From Hormiphora californensis (lineage: Eukaryota > Animalia > Ctenophora): 64,000 nt of DNA. Below are positions 38,248-49,645 of the stretch, piece by piece. Each line of letters starts with the position of its first letter. Position 1 is the first letter of the stretch. A program made the position numbers and the translations under genes. The DNA lies in assembly GCA_020137815.1 (NCBI GenBank), contig CM035359.1:4650001-4714000 (forward strand), in the 5' to 3' direction. The notes below the pieces were generated by a model, which searched no databases, was not told where the DNA came from, and saw only the letters and a program-made list of their open reading frames with translations.

Positions 38248-38616
38248 TCATTCTTCACTCGCAATTGCCTGAAAAAATTGTTTTGATTGAAAATAGGAAA
38301 TTTTAAAATACCTACAAATATAGTTGAGGGGTAAAAATACTTACAATTATAGTTGAGGGATAACCCTCCCGCTCCATGAGTACAAGTGACAAAATAGCTT
38401 TCCCTACCATAGAGAGCAGCTGGGGAAACAATGGGGCATCAAAACATACAAGGTTACCAACATCTGATTTCATAGATCTGAAATAATTGGGAACTTAAGC
38501 GAAAGAAAATAATATACTCACATAAATTTTGGAAATACTTACAAGTATTCCCTGGGGTTGGATGACTTTGTCTTTTTTTTAATTGCAGAAACTATAAAGA
38601 CGTCGGTAACAGCCAT
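38248..38616 (-). CDS. 3-exon 75-aa protein, OB-fold/SSB candidate (paralog 1)
   Basis: Exons 38616-38543, 38477-38345, 38268-38248: MAVTDVFIVSAIKKKTKSSNPREYLSMKSDVGNLVCFDAPLFPQLLSMVGKAILSLVLMEREGYPSTIIAIASEE. Confidence 0.75.
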
Positions 38617-38760
38617 AGCTAAGATATAGAGGATTTTAACAGTGTTTAAAATTTTTTTTAAATTCAAGCTCCATTTAATTAATATAACAATGTATTGTAC
38701 TAAAGTAACATCTTCACATTTTCAAACTCATGCAACAATTCATTTTTCTTCTTCCCTGGT

Positions 38761-39136
38761 TCACTCTTGACTGAGAACTGCCTGATAGGATAAAATGCAG
38801 TGTTAAAAAAAACAAGTGTTAAATAAATTCGAACTTACAACGAAGTAATACTACTAATGTGAAAAAATAATTCGAACTTACAATTATAGAATCTGGGTAA
38901 TCGTCTTTTTTCAATATTACTACCGTTGCTAGTTCTCCCTCTCTCAATTCATCAAAAATGTTGCTGTCAAACGATACAAGGTTTCCAATGTCCGTTTTAA
39001 CTTTCCTGAGGACAAAAATTTTTTTAAAAAAAATACAAATCCTGTGAAAAATATCAACTTACAAATAATCACGAGGAGTTGAGGTCTTGGTTTTCCTGGT
39101 TTCAATCTTAACAATAAAAATTTCTGCTACTGGCAT
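38761..39136 (-). CDS. 3-exon 72-aa protein, OB-fold/SSB candidate (paralog 2)
   Basis: Exons 39136-39063, 39005-38882, 38781-38761: MPVAEIFIVKIETRKTKTSTPRDYLKVKTDIGNLVSFDSNIFDELREGELATVVILKKDDYPDSIIAVLSQE; same intron positions as paralog 1. Confidence 0.75.
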
Positions 39137-39221
39137 TGCTAGGTTTTCAAAAGGGGGTTAATAGCACTACAAAAATGTGAAACGAAACAGAAAAACACAA
39201 TTTGAGAAATTAATAATGATA

Positions 39222-39511
39222 CTAGCGTGTGTTTGATGCAGTGTCTCCTTTAATTAAATTTAGTAATACAAGAACAATGTTCATTCGCTCTTGAAGCAAG
39301 CTCTCGTGACGCCGCAAACTTGAAGACCTTATTCGATAATTGTGAAGGTATTCTTGCGTCACACGAAGTGCATCCAGGTGTTCATGTATTAAAGTGTTAC
39401 TGAGGAAAGGGGTGTTATAAATAATTGTTATTTTATAGAAGAACTGTAGTAAAATTATACTCACGTTCTATCTTCTTCCTCATAGTCACTCTCACTATCA
39501 CTGATGTTCAT
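39222..39511 (-). CDS. 2-exon 74-aa acidic/helical protein
   Basis: Exons 39511-39465, 39399-39222: MNISDSESDYEEEDRTNTLIHEHLDAL...LLQERMNIVLVLLNLIK. Confidence 0.62.
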
Positions 39512-39589
39512 TGCAAACTAATAAAAATTAAATGGTCAATTGAGCTGATAAAAACAAACAAAACCAGAATGTAAAAACAAGAAATTAAT

Positions 39590-39842
39590 TTAACAAAATC
39601 TATAGTCTTCATTGCATATCAATTCCACAAGATCGGTTACTAATTCCCATCGTTCTGTTAATAACTGCTGGAAATGCTCTTGATTGCTCGCACCAAATAA
39701 CTGTCCATGGGTGCGCCCGAGTTGGTTAATTAGGTCAACAATTCGATCGTTCCTGAAATTTTTCATTATAAATTATATCATGATTTAAAGAAATTGTTGT
39801 TACTTACATAGCGTCCACATCATAATCTTCGCTTGTGTGCAT
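39590..39842 (-). CDS. 2-exon 65-aa helical protein, likely paralog of 39222-39511
   Basis: Exons 39842-39808, 39752-39590: MHTSEDYDVDAMNDRIVDLINQL...LLTERWELVTDLVELIC. Confidence 0.62.
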
Positions 39843-39938
39843 ATTGTGCTAAGGAATTAAAGTAAGGTTAGAATACAGTGTCGCAAAAATCATGATCATT
39901 TCTTCTGCTCGATTCTAGTTGACGTTTCAGCTCGTATA

Positions 39939-40520
39939 ATGTGTGTTTTGATATTATTAGACGGTGTTAATTTGAGAAGTGGGTTCATTCCCCGAGAAGT
40001 TGTTATAGCATTTCGCTCATTTGGAGTTATCAGAGTTCGTCAATATTTCTTATCACCGAAACCGTACCTATCACTGACAGAAAATGATAAAGAAACTGAT
40101 TGGTGAGTCAAAAAAACAAATTTTCATAATTTTTAAAAAAAAAAATCGCTACCTATCATCACAGGTATACGAAGCATGTGTTGAAAGCAACTGGATTGTT
40201 TGAGTCGATCGATTGCGCATTACCATACAACACAGTATTAGAAATTATCGCTTGTCAAAGAGAGAACGAAGTTATTACATATGGTTCTACATCATTGCGG
40301 TAAGTTTTGAAATTCTGTGAAGTATTTTTCAAATTTTCAGTATATTTTTTCAAATTTCAGATTCCTCCATCAAATGGGATTTACAAACGTGCGCGATATA
40401 AGTGGAGCTTTTCCTGTTCAACCTACGCAAAGCTGTGGTGAAATGCATTCTCCAATTTTCTGCCCGTGGGCAAAGTATGAACTTTTGCTTCCTAAACTTG
40501 TTGATGCTAATTTGTTATAA
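39939..40520 (+). CDS. 3-exon 152-aa Polinton accessory protein, possibly a degenerate exonuclease-like fold
   Basis: Exons 39939-40102, 40165-40299, 40361-40520 join in frame: MCVLILLDGVNLRSGFIPREV...SPKPYLSL...ITYG...SCGEMHSPIFCP. Confidence 0.68.
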
Positions 40521-40932
40521 CTGTAGAAGCTATGAGCATGATTATGCATACATGTATAATATACAACAAATAATTAAACACTTCATTTCAGAATTATCTT
40601 GAATCAAACTAAAAATAAAATAAATGTAAAAATAAAATATAGTCGGATTTTTTGAAGTTGTCACCCCCTGGGTGGTGGATATTTTAATTAGCACGCCAGA
40701 AACTTTTTTATTTAAAATTTTTTTTCTGGGTCTCATACCTTTGTTTCTTGACCAATTATTTAAACAAAAAAACTTTACGAACTCACAAAATTATGCTCTT
40801 TCCGATGATAGGTGGCTTTTTTGTCGAAACGTAAGAGCAAATGGTGACTCTCATGACATTTCACAAACAAATATGGCGCTGAGTTTGAAAAGGGTTGTGA
40901 CAATTTCAAATTATCCGACTTTACACTTTTCC

Positions 40933-41555
40933 TTAATTAATTTCCTTCATTTTCTTTAAAAATTCTATTCCATCGTTTATCGCATCGTCAATTAAGGCTC
41001 TTTTTCTTTTTAAATCATCTATTGATTTTTTCATTGAAAGCTGAAAATATGATTAATTTAGTTAATAAATTTGAAAAAAGAAGAAGAAAAAAATATGTGT
41101 ATTGATACAAATTAAACTTACATGTATATCGGATGCATTATCACAGTCGGTTTTCTGCGTCTTACGTACATATTTCCTGAAAAATATTGGTTAAGTCTTT
41201 TTTCATTATTTACAAAGATCAACAATATCATAACAGTAGTATCGTACTTTACCTTTTTGGAGGAACTTGTGCTGTTTCCTCCTCACTTATTTCGTTTTCT
41301 TCTAACGTTTCCTGAAATAATTTTTGATGTTAAGGATAGATAGTTTGTTGGATAAATTTATAAAATACAATTCACAACATTCTTACACTTGTCAGACTCA
41401 TCCCTTTATTCCTCTCATTTTGACTTGTTTTTGGTATCTTGAATCTGAGATTAATTTTGTGTTAATAAAATATTAATATTTACAATAAAAATTACGAGTT
41501 TTACTTACTTATTTACGATTGGTAAACGGGAATTCTTTAACATTGCTGTTGCCAT
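40933..41555 (-). CDS. 5-exon charged protein with NLS-like PPKRKY
   Basis: Four short GT-AG introns; exons join in frame from MATAMLKNSRLP to FLKKMKEIN. Confidence 0.6.
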
Positions 41556-41689
41556 GACTACAGCTAAGAAAAATTGAAAGTGGTTAGTGTTATGGTAATA
41601 AAACTATTGTAACAAAATAAAACGGTTCATTTGGTTTTGAATAAATTGTTTAATTGGTCACACAAGTAGAAATAAAATTTTATTTGCTA

Positions 41690-43173
41690 ATTGGTCATTC
41701 AAGTAGAAGTCAATTGGTTGTTTCAAGTATAAACCAATTGACTTCTACTTGAATATTCATTGGTGGCTCCTGCAGAACCAAGTGAATTGGTTCTGCAGGA
41801 GCACAGGTCCCTACAGGACATAAAAAGATTGCTCCCGTAGGGACAATTACTGCACATGCAGAAGAGTTCGGATTCTCCAACATATTTGAAATATCAAATA
41901 CAGTTAATTGGTCATTCAAGTAGAAGTCAATTGGTTAGGTCAAGTATAAACCAATTGACTTCTACTTGAAGATTAATTGGTGGCTCCTGCAGACCAAGTA
42001 AATCGGTTCTGCAGGAGCACAGGTCCCTACAGGGCTAAAAAAAGATTGCTTCCGTAGGGACAAATACTGCAGATGCAGAAGAGTTTTGCTTCCAATTCTG
42101 ACTAGGACAAGAAAATCCGCAGGGTTCTGCAGGAGCACTTTACGCTCCCAACATATCTTTTGATCATCCACACTTCTCAGAACATCTCGTGGCGATCAAT
42201 AACCTGAATTGAAAGATATGGTTAGAACTAGCTACGTCCAAACTAAATTATCAACAGCAAAGTCGAAACATGTACCACAACAGAAAATTTACCTTTACAT
42301 GGGTGGATTCGTTGAACTTGAAAAAAGGTTGTCTTTAAAACCATATGACATTCTATGTGGGAATATGTTGGTTACATTTGTGGAGGGGAGGACTATTTTG
42401 CTATAATTAGAGGAAAATTAGCGAACTTTGTACACGAAAAAATTTCAAAATAAAAGTATACATTATATAAAAAAATTGTCCAATCTCCAAATAATCTGAG
42501 CTGCTCTAGCTTCTCTGTCTGTTTTCTAGTACTGAAAAACGTGATATTGGTTAGTTTTTTGAAATATGAATATATGTATTAATTTTTCAATAAATATGTC
42601 GTTGAGAAATAATCTTTATAAAACTTACTCTTTTGCCGAAGTTTTCTTATTTTTTGAACCTTTTGAAATTTCAGCTCTATTTCCTCTAACACTTTCAGCT
42701 CTTGTTTGAGCAAGAGCTCCTCTCTATTTGCCTGAAAAAGTTTTAGATTGGAAAATCTTCCTAAAAACAAAACAGAAAATCAGATTCTACTTAGTGATAT
42801 ACGTACCTTTTTCACCTTTTTGGGAAGTTTCCCCAACACAATCTCCTGTTGTTTTCTGCATCGCTTGCAGCGTTTCTGAAGGAGTGGTATGTTAGCACAA
42901 AAAATCTTGGATAGATATAAATTGAAGGTATATTTTAACTTACTGGGGTACCGTTCTTGAAAACAACCACTGGCAGCTCACATTCTATCGTGCACTGAAA
43001 GTTATGAATTTGAGTGGTTGTCAAAAAATATGTGCTATCTGTTATGATATCTTAATTGATATTCTAGAAATAATAAATTCAATACTTACTTTTGGTTGTT
43101 GAGGTTTAGGGACAGTGTTGTTGTTGTTGTTGTTGTTGAGGGCATTCTCAAATGTTGAGTCTAATTTGTACAT
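41690..43173 (-). CDS. Multi-exon hypothetical protein (Cys cluster, coiled coil, duplicated 3' exons); 3' end uncertain
   Basis: Starts MYKLDSTFENALNNNNNN; exons CTIECELP, KRCKRCRKQQ, ANREELLLKQEL bounded by GTAAG/TTTCAG; ~215-bp duplication at 41690-42085. Confidence 0.45.
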
Positions 43174-43397
43174 AGCTATGTCTATAGAGAGAGAGAGAGC
43201 TGTGAGAGGTTAATTAGAAAATACTCAAACTTATGAAATTTGAGATTGGGGCAATAGGGGATAAGGAAACTTCAGAGAGGTTGTTGATGACTAATTAAAC
43301 TAAATTAAAAAAATTCAAATATTAATTAAAATGTCCCTAAAATCTGGAAGTGGGATCCAGGGATCCAGGGAGAGGGATCTCACCAATCAAGGAGGGT

Positions 43398-43979
43398 TTA
43401 CACCTGGGAGGGGATGTACCCGCATGCTACTAGTAGCACCTTTTTATGGGCATCCCCTTCCTGGTGCTCCCTCCTTGATTGGTGAGAGGTGTGCCTGACA
43501 TCACACCATCTGCACACCATTGCATCATCTTCCGGCATGTCCGAACCTGAAAAATGACCTAGTTAGATTGAATTAAGATTTGTAGCTACAATTTAGAATG
43601 AAAATCAAAAGCAGAACTTACAATAATGGGAGAAAATCAGTCGCCGCCAGAATCGGCGGTCTCCCTGCCATATGACCGGATATAGCTCCCGCCAGTTGCT
43701 TGGGAGGGTCTGGGGGGTCCGGTCAAGGACTGGCAGGGAGACCGAGGCCTCTCCAACAACATCGAGGGTCAAGACACCACTTTTATCTGAAAATATTTTG
43801 AGTGTAAGAATTCTGAAAGTTTAAAAGATTTAGATAATCATCCAAATGATTTAAAACAACTAGTTACCTTTGTTCTTTTGATGCTTTTTCCCCCCGATGT
43901 GTTGAAGGGCCTGCTTCCAATTCTGCCTAGGGCAGACAAACCCGCAGGGGCCACAGGTAAGAACTTGTACTTGGTCCAT
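43398..43979 (-). CDS. 3-exon 141-aa protein with two U1/matrin/JAZ-type zinc fingers
   Basis: Exons 43979-43868, 43786-43622, 43546-43398; CGPCGF...QHIGGKKH and CRWCDV...EHQEGDAH. Confidence 0.72.
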
Positions 43980-44096
43980 AGCTATAGAGAGAGAGAGAGA
44001 TGAGAGATGATAATTAGGAAGAGACTCATAGTTATGAGATTGGGGTAATAGGGGATAAGGAAACTTCAGAGAGGTTGTTGATAGGTTATATATATA

Positions 44097-44269
44097 CAGT
44101 CGGACCTCGATTGAACGACCCACGATTTAGTAACACCCCGATTTAACGGCAGCATAATCTTCCCCCCGATATAGAAAATTAACAGTATTTGACCCCGATT
44201 TAGCGGACACCTCGAGTTAACAGACAAAACCATTTCCCTCAAGGGTGGCGTTAAATCGGGGTCCGACTG
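44097..44269. mobile_element. Tc1/mariner-like MITE nested in the Polinton
   Basis: TA|CAGTCGGAC...GTCCGACTG|TA. Confidence 0.85.
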
Positions 44270-44399
44270 TATATAATACATATATTAAATAAAATATAAT
44301 TCGTCTCCTCTGCGTCACTTTGTCATTGTCAACCTAGGGAGAGGATGTTAGGAACAGGTAACTTCCAAAACACATCATAACTCACGAGTTTAATCTAGC

Positions 44400-45029
44400 G
44401 GTTAAAACATCAATTTGTTCCTGTAACACCTGACAGCTGGTTCGGAGGCGATCAGTTTCCTGAAACGATGTATAGATTAGATTCTAAATTAACTAGAGTG
44501 TCGATATTACCTTCGAAGAATTTCCAGGTGTACATTCCAGCCATTCAGCCCACGAGCTAGTCTGGATGGGGTTAGTTTCCTGAAAAGATGTTAGATCAGA
44601 AACCAACTCAGAAGAATATATCATTCACTCCAAGGGTTCAATAGATCAATAGTTTGGTAACCCCCCTATATACAGAACGACGCCATACAGACCGGGTTAG
44701 GGTTAGTCTGTATGACGTTGTTCTGTATGTAGGGGGGATTCCAATATATTACCTCTGTGATTCCCAAAGACGGGAAATTTTTAGGGTCATTAGCTGGTGG
44801 GGGTTTAATCCAGCCAGCCTGATCCATCTGAACTGCTTCAGTTGGCGTGGGCGTGGGAGGAGGTAAAACAATTTGTTGCCCGGTCGCATTCTGATGTGGA
44901 GAACCTGGTGCATATGCAAATTAGAATTAAATTTTGAAAAAAAAATCTGATAACCTTACCCCAACAGATGCTTTGACCAAGTTTAATTCGCATGTTCCTC
45001 CCTCTGCCGTCTCTTAACTTCTTTCCCAT
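44400..45029 (-). CDS. Multi-exon hypothetical protein; 3' end uncertain
   Basis: MGKKLRDGRGRNMRIKLGQSICW|GSPHQNATGQQIVLPPPTPTP... with GTAAG/CAG junctions. Confidence 0.45.
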
Positions 45030-45843
45030 AGCTAGGTACAGAAGGTGATGGTGAGGCAGGGGTTTCGGATAGAGCGGTATAGGGCAGGGAGAAATAAACA
45101 AGTCAAATGAATTCTAAATGTGTTATCCTGGTCCAATCTGGTCAACAAAAAAACCTCTTGACGGTCACCTGAAATCTGAAAAAAAATGAAAAAAAAAGAG
45201 CACTGTGAGAGATATTTACCTGTTATAACACGCATAGCTCGTATCTTACCTGTGGTATCATTGTTATTGTAAATTGAGAGAGGAGAAAGAGGGAGGGAAA
45301 GAGAGAGGGGAGAGAGCGTGTAAGAAACAGTGAGAGAAAGAGTGAGAGAGCGAGAGAGAGAGAAAGGGTGAGGGCCTGGTGCATATGCAAATTAGAATTA
45401 AATTTTGAAAAAAAATCTGATAACCTTACCCCAACAGATGCTTTGACCAAGTTTAATTCGCATGTTCCTCCCTCTGCCGTCTCTTAACTTCTTTCCCATA
45501 GCTAGGTACAGAAGGTGATGGTGAGGCAGGGGTTTCGGATAGAGCGGTATAGGGCAGGGAGAAATAAACAAGTCAAATGAATTCTAAATGTGTTATCCTG
45601 GTCCAATCTGGTCAACAAAAAAACCTCTTGACGGTCACCTGAAATCTGAAAAAAATGAAAAAAAAGAGCACTGTGAGAGATATTTACCTGTTATAACACG
45701 CATAGCTCGTATCTTACCTGTGGTATCATTGTTATTGTAAATTGAGAGAGGAGAAAGAGGGAGGGAAAGAGAGAGGGGAGAGAGCGTGTAAGAAACAGTG
45801 AGAGAAAGAGTGAGAGAGCGAGAGAGAGAGAAAGGGTGAGGGC
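44904..45843. repeat. ~471-bp near-identical tandem duplication
   Basis: Units start at 44904 and 45375. Confidence 0.9.
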
Positions 45844-47051
45844 AGAGGAGAAAGAGGGAGGGTGAGAGAGAGAGGAAGTGAGGGAGAAAGAGAGGGTAGG
45901 GAAAGAGAATAAGAGAGAGAAGGAGAGAGAGAGAGGAAGAGTGAGAGAGCAGATTTTTGTGATAAGTCTTGACTGGATTAGGAGATTTCTTTTTAAAAAC
46001 AACAACAATTAACAAAGTTTTGAAATTTTGAAGAAAAAACAATTGAAAATTTTCAGTGTTTGATGCGCAGCTTTTGAGAGAGAGCGTGCAGAGTGTACTG
46101 TTAATTGTGGTTAAAGTGCGTTTCAAACGACTTGACCCGAGATTCCTGGAAATTCAGGATTTCCCCTTTGTAAATACACGCGCAATGTACCAAATTCCAG
46201 GAATCACGGGTCAAGTCGCTTGAAACGGACTTTAGAGTCAGAGCATGGTCCAAACAGCGCGAATTTTGTGAAAATTGGTTGAGATACGTGACTTGGGAAG
46301 GGTTAAAATGTGTACCATGTTAGATACTACTGTAGATACTACTGTAGATACTACTGTACCATGTTAGATACTACTGTAGATACTACTGTAACTACATGCC
46401 ACTGTGTCACCTCAATACTAGTAGGGGGCGGTAGTGGGAAGTTGGGTCTAGAATTTCAAATTTAACCACCTGACATTCAGCTGAGAAGTAGTGAAATCTA
46501 CAGCAGAGTGTATCTCTGTCCAGATCGGACTATTGAGGAGAGACGAGAGAGAAGAGAGAATCTACAGACACTTGAAAAACCCTGAGAGACAGTTCGAACT
46601 GAAGAGAGGGGTTATACAGTTTTTGTGCAATGGCCCCACTAATAGTTAGGATTTTCGATTTATTACGTGTCCACCTGGTAATTTCTAGGATTAATCCCGA
46701 CATCTACTTGTGTGGCCACAATGTGGACTCCACATATTTATTATCTAACCAGGAGTGTGTTTTATAAACTTGCACACAGAGCATAGCTCTCATTTATTAG
46801 TGCTATCCTCCAATCTGCACGCCCATGATCACATGAGGTCAGATTATGTTCAAACCATGTCAAACCGTGTCAAACCGTGTCACACTAACCTTATTGGATG
46901 TAGATGAAGCATGAGGACGGGTTGATAGATCTTGCTGCAGGTTGTTGTTGTTGGGTGATTCTTCAGAATCTGGTCCTGGGGGAGAGGGATTATTAGGGGT
47001 ATCAAGCAGTGTGATCTTACACGAAGAGAGTGAGAGAGAGAGAGAGAGAGT

Positions 47052-47171
<120 letters not shown>

Positions 47172-47271
47172 AAAGTGAACTTTAGTGATACTATATTCTC
47201 TTAGTATCCCGATCAGATCATTATATCTAGATACCTTTCCCCTGTAAGTGTTGCATATCATATATGATATA

Positions 47272-47444
47272 CAGTCGGACCCCGATTTAACGGCCCCCGA
47301 TTTAGCGGCACCCCGATTTAACGGCAGCATAATCTTCCCCCGATATAGGAAAATAACAGTATTTGAAACCCGATTTAGCGGACACCCCGATTTAACGGAC
47401 AAAACCCTTTCCCCCGAGGATGCCGTTAAATCGGGGTCCGACTG
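47272..47444. mobile_element. Tc1/mariner-like MITE nested in the Polinton
   Basis: TA|CAGTCGGACCCCGATTTAAC...GTTAAATCGGGGTCCGACTG|TA. Confidence 0.88.
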
Positions 47445-47516
47445 TATATATCTATTATGATTCTCCCTGAAAACGAAGTTTGGCCCATTTATCTTTTCGT
47501 TTAAGCTCATTCCTCC

Positions 47517-47559
<43 letters not shown>

Positions 47560-47646
47560 TTCATGTAGTACAATGTATCATCAAGGGTGAGAGTGAGAGA
47601 GTGACTCAGGTAATAAATATAGTTAGTGTTCTGTACGTTCAATTTG

Positions 47647-48184
47647 ATGCCACCGAAACGAAAAGATGTTGTTGTCTGCCCACTTAGTCAGTTGGCGGAT
47701 CTGGACCCGGTCAGGAGGGAAGAAGAAATGAAGAAGAGAAAAACGGATCAGAAATGTTTGAGACAAAGAAAATGTCGGGCTAAAAGGAAGGCGACGGACC
47801 CGCTGGCGCTCCTAAGTGTCGATATATTTGGCTGCTCTATGACAGAAGAAGAAGAAGAAAAGAACACTGTAAAACAGCTCAAAGGTTAGTAGAGACGAAT
47901 CTTTTGACTATTTGGTGAAGAGAAAAGTCCAGTTGCAACCCAGCTATTTTGAACTTCTTTTGATAAGAAATTCATCCCTACTAGTTGAGATAAAAAACAT
48001 GAAACAAAAACATAAGGTGGAGATGGCGGAGATGGCGAGAAAGTTGAATTTGGCGCTCGGGGAATCGGAGAGAATGAAAGTAGAGAATGAAGATTTGAAG
48101 CGAGAGTTAAGCGATAGAGCCAGGGAACACCCAGTGACGGCGGACATGGCACTGAATATGCCAACTTTAGAAGGTACAATTTAA
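47647..48184 (+). CDS. Basic-region plus coiled-coil protein, bZIP-like (one frameshift near 47882)
   Basis: MPPKRK...EEEMKKRKTDQKCLRQRKCRAKRK, then heptad-rich LVEIKNMKQKH...MKVENEDLKRELS. Confidence 0.55.
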
Positions 48185-48649
48185 ACTATCTCAATTACAA
48201 TATGTGGGACGGGGAGTTTTGTACAGATTATAGAACACTTAATATTTCAGAAATGGGGTTTGTGGACGATTTGTGAAGTGCTGAAGCCCAAACTGCTCTG
48301 ATTGGTGATATATCTAACGGCACGTCTACTGTGGGAGATGTGACTGAGACAATACCTGTGCGGGGAGGGAGACGGTAGCGTAGCTGATAGAACTTCGATA
48401 GTACTCCATTGCAGTACAGTGCGGTTGTAGTTGAGTTTGTAGGGCTGTTTGGTAGGGAGGTAGGCGATCAAAAACAAGAACTGGTGGGGAATATGGGGTT
48501 TGAACCGATCTTTATACTATCATCTGACTAGAGATAAAATCTCTCTGTGAGGGTGACTTAAAATCTTGCTCATGTCACCCTTACACAAAGATCTCTCTAT
48601 ATCGGGTATCACATAGAGCACTGTTTACTCTACCGTTATACTAAATAAA

Positions 48650-48834
48650 TATTTACAACCCTCCCCCTTCTCTCTCATACTACAGTATTGTGTATTAGTA
48701 GAATTGTGACTTGTAATATCGTGACGCCAATTCACCAGTTGTGATACCGTGACAATCAAAATGTGACGTCAATTAACCAGTTCTGACAGCGTGCCAATCA
48801 AAATTTGACGTCAGTTCACCAGTTCTATACTACT
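48650..48834 (-). repeat. Right terminal inverted repeat
   Basis: Ends ...CAGTTCTATACTACT followed by TTCTTG. Confidence 0.95.
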
Positions 48835-49645
48835 TTCTTGGTTGTGATTCTTGGTTGTGTGGTGTGGTGTGTTTGTACTTGTGCAGTTTAATGACGTAAT
48901 GTGTTATTTGTTTTCTCTCTCTCTTTAGACCATGGCTGTTTTCTAGCTACATATATATCAATTCGCTTTCAGCTCCAGACAATTGTATAAACCATATAAG
49001 TTACCTAGTTTGAGTCACATTTTGATTTGGTTAGTGTTAGGTGTGGAGGTTGCTGTTAGGTTTGGAGGTTGGTGTTAGGTGTGGAGGTTGCTGTTAGGTG
49101 TGGAGGTTGCTGTTAGGTGTGGAGGTTGCTGTTAGGTGTGGAGGTTCGGTCACGTGATCGCAGATGTCGTTCGCATCTCGGTTTACCAGGAGTTTCCCAG
49201 CTGCAAACTGTCGTCCGTTTCCAATCTGATGTCAGTTTCCAATTTGTAACGGCATCACATAATTCCCTATGAAAAATATAAAACAGTTATCCAGTGTGTA
49301 CTTTAGGGCCCGGACTTTGCCGTGTTGAACCTGTCAGAGCATTGGCCTGACCCATTCTCGTTTCTCTCAGTCTCAAATATGGAGCGCGCGATAACTGTGG
49401 TCAGAGCATTGGCCTGGCAGTGCTGAACTGATACCGTATTCTCACTACAACCACCCATCATGTCAATGACTAAATTCTATACTTTGGTAATGAAATTAGT
49501 AATTACCCCTCCGCGTTATAATGACTCACATATGCAATAAAAGGGGTGACTTTGTAACCAATTCTATACTAAAATATAAATATCATGGTAGTTAAATCAT
49601 ACTGGGCTGAATATTGCCAATAAGTAGTAGTATTCAAAATTCCAG

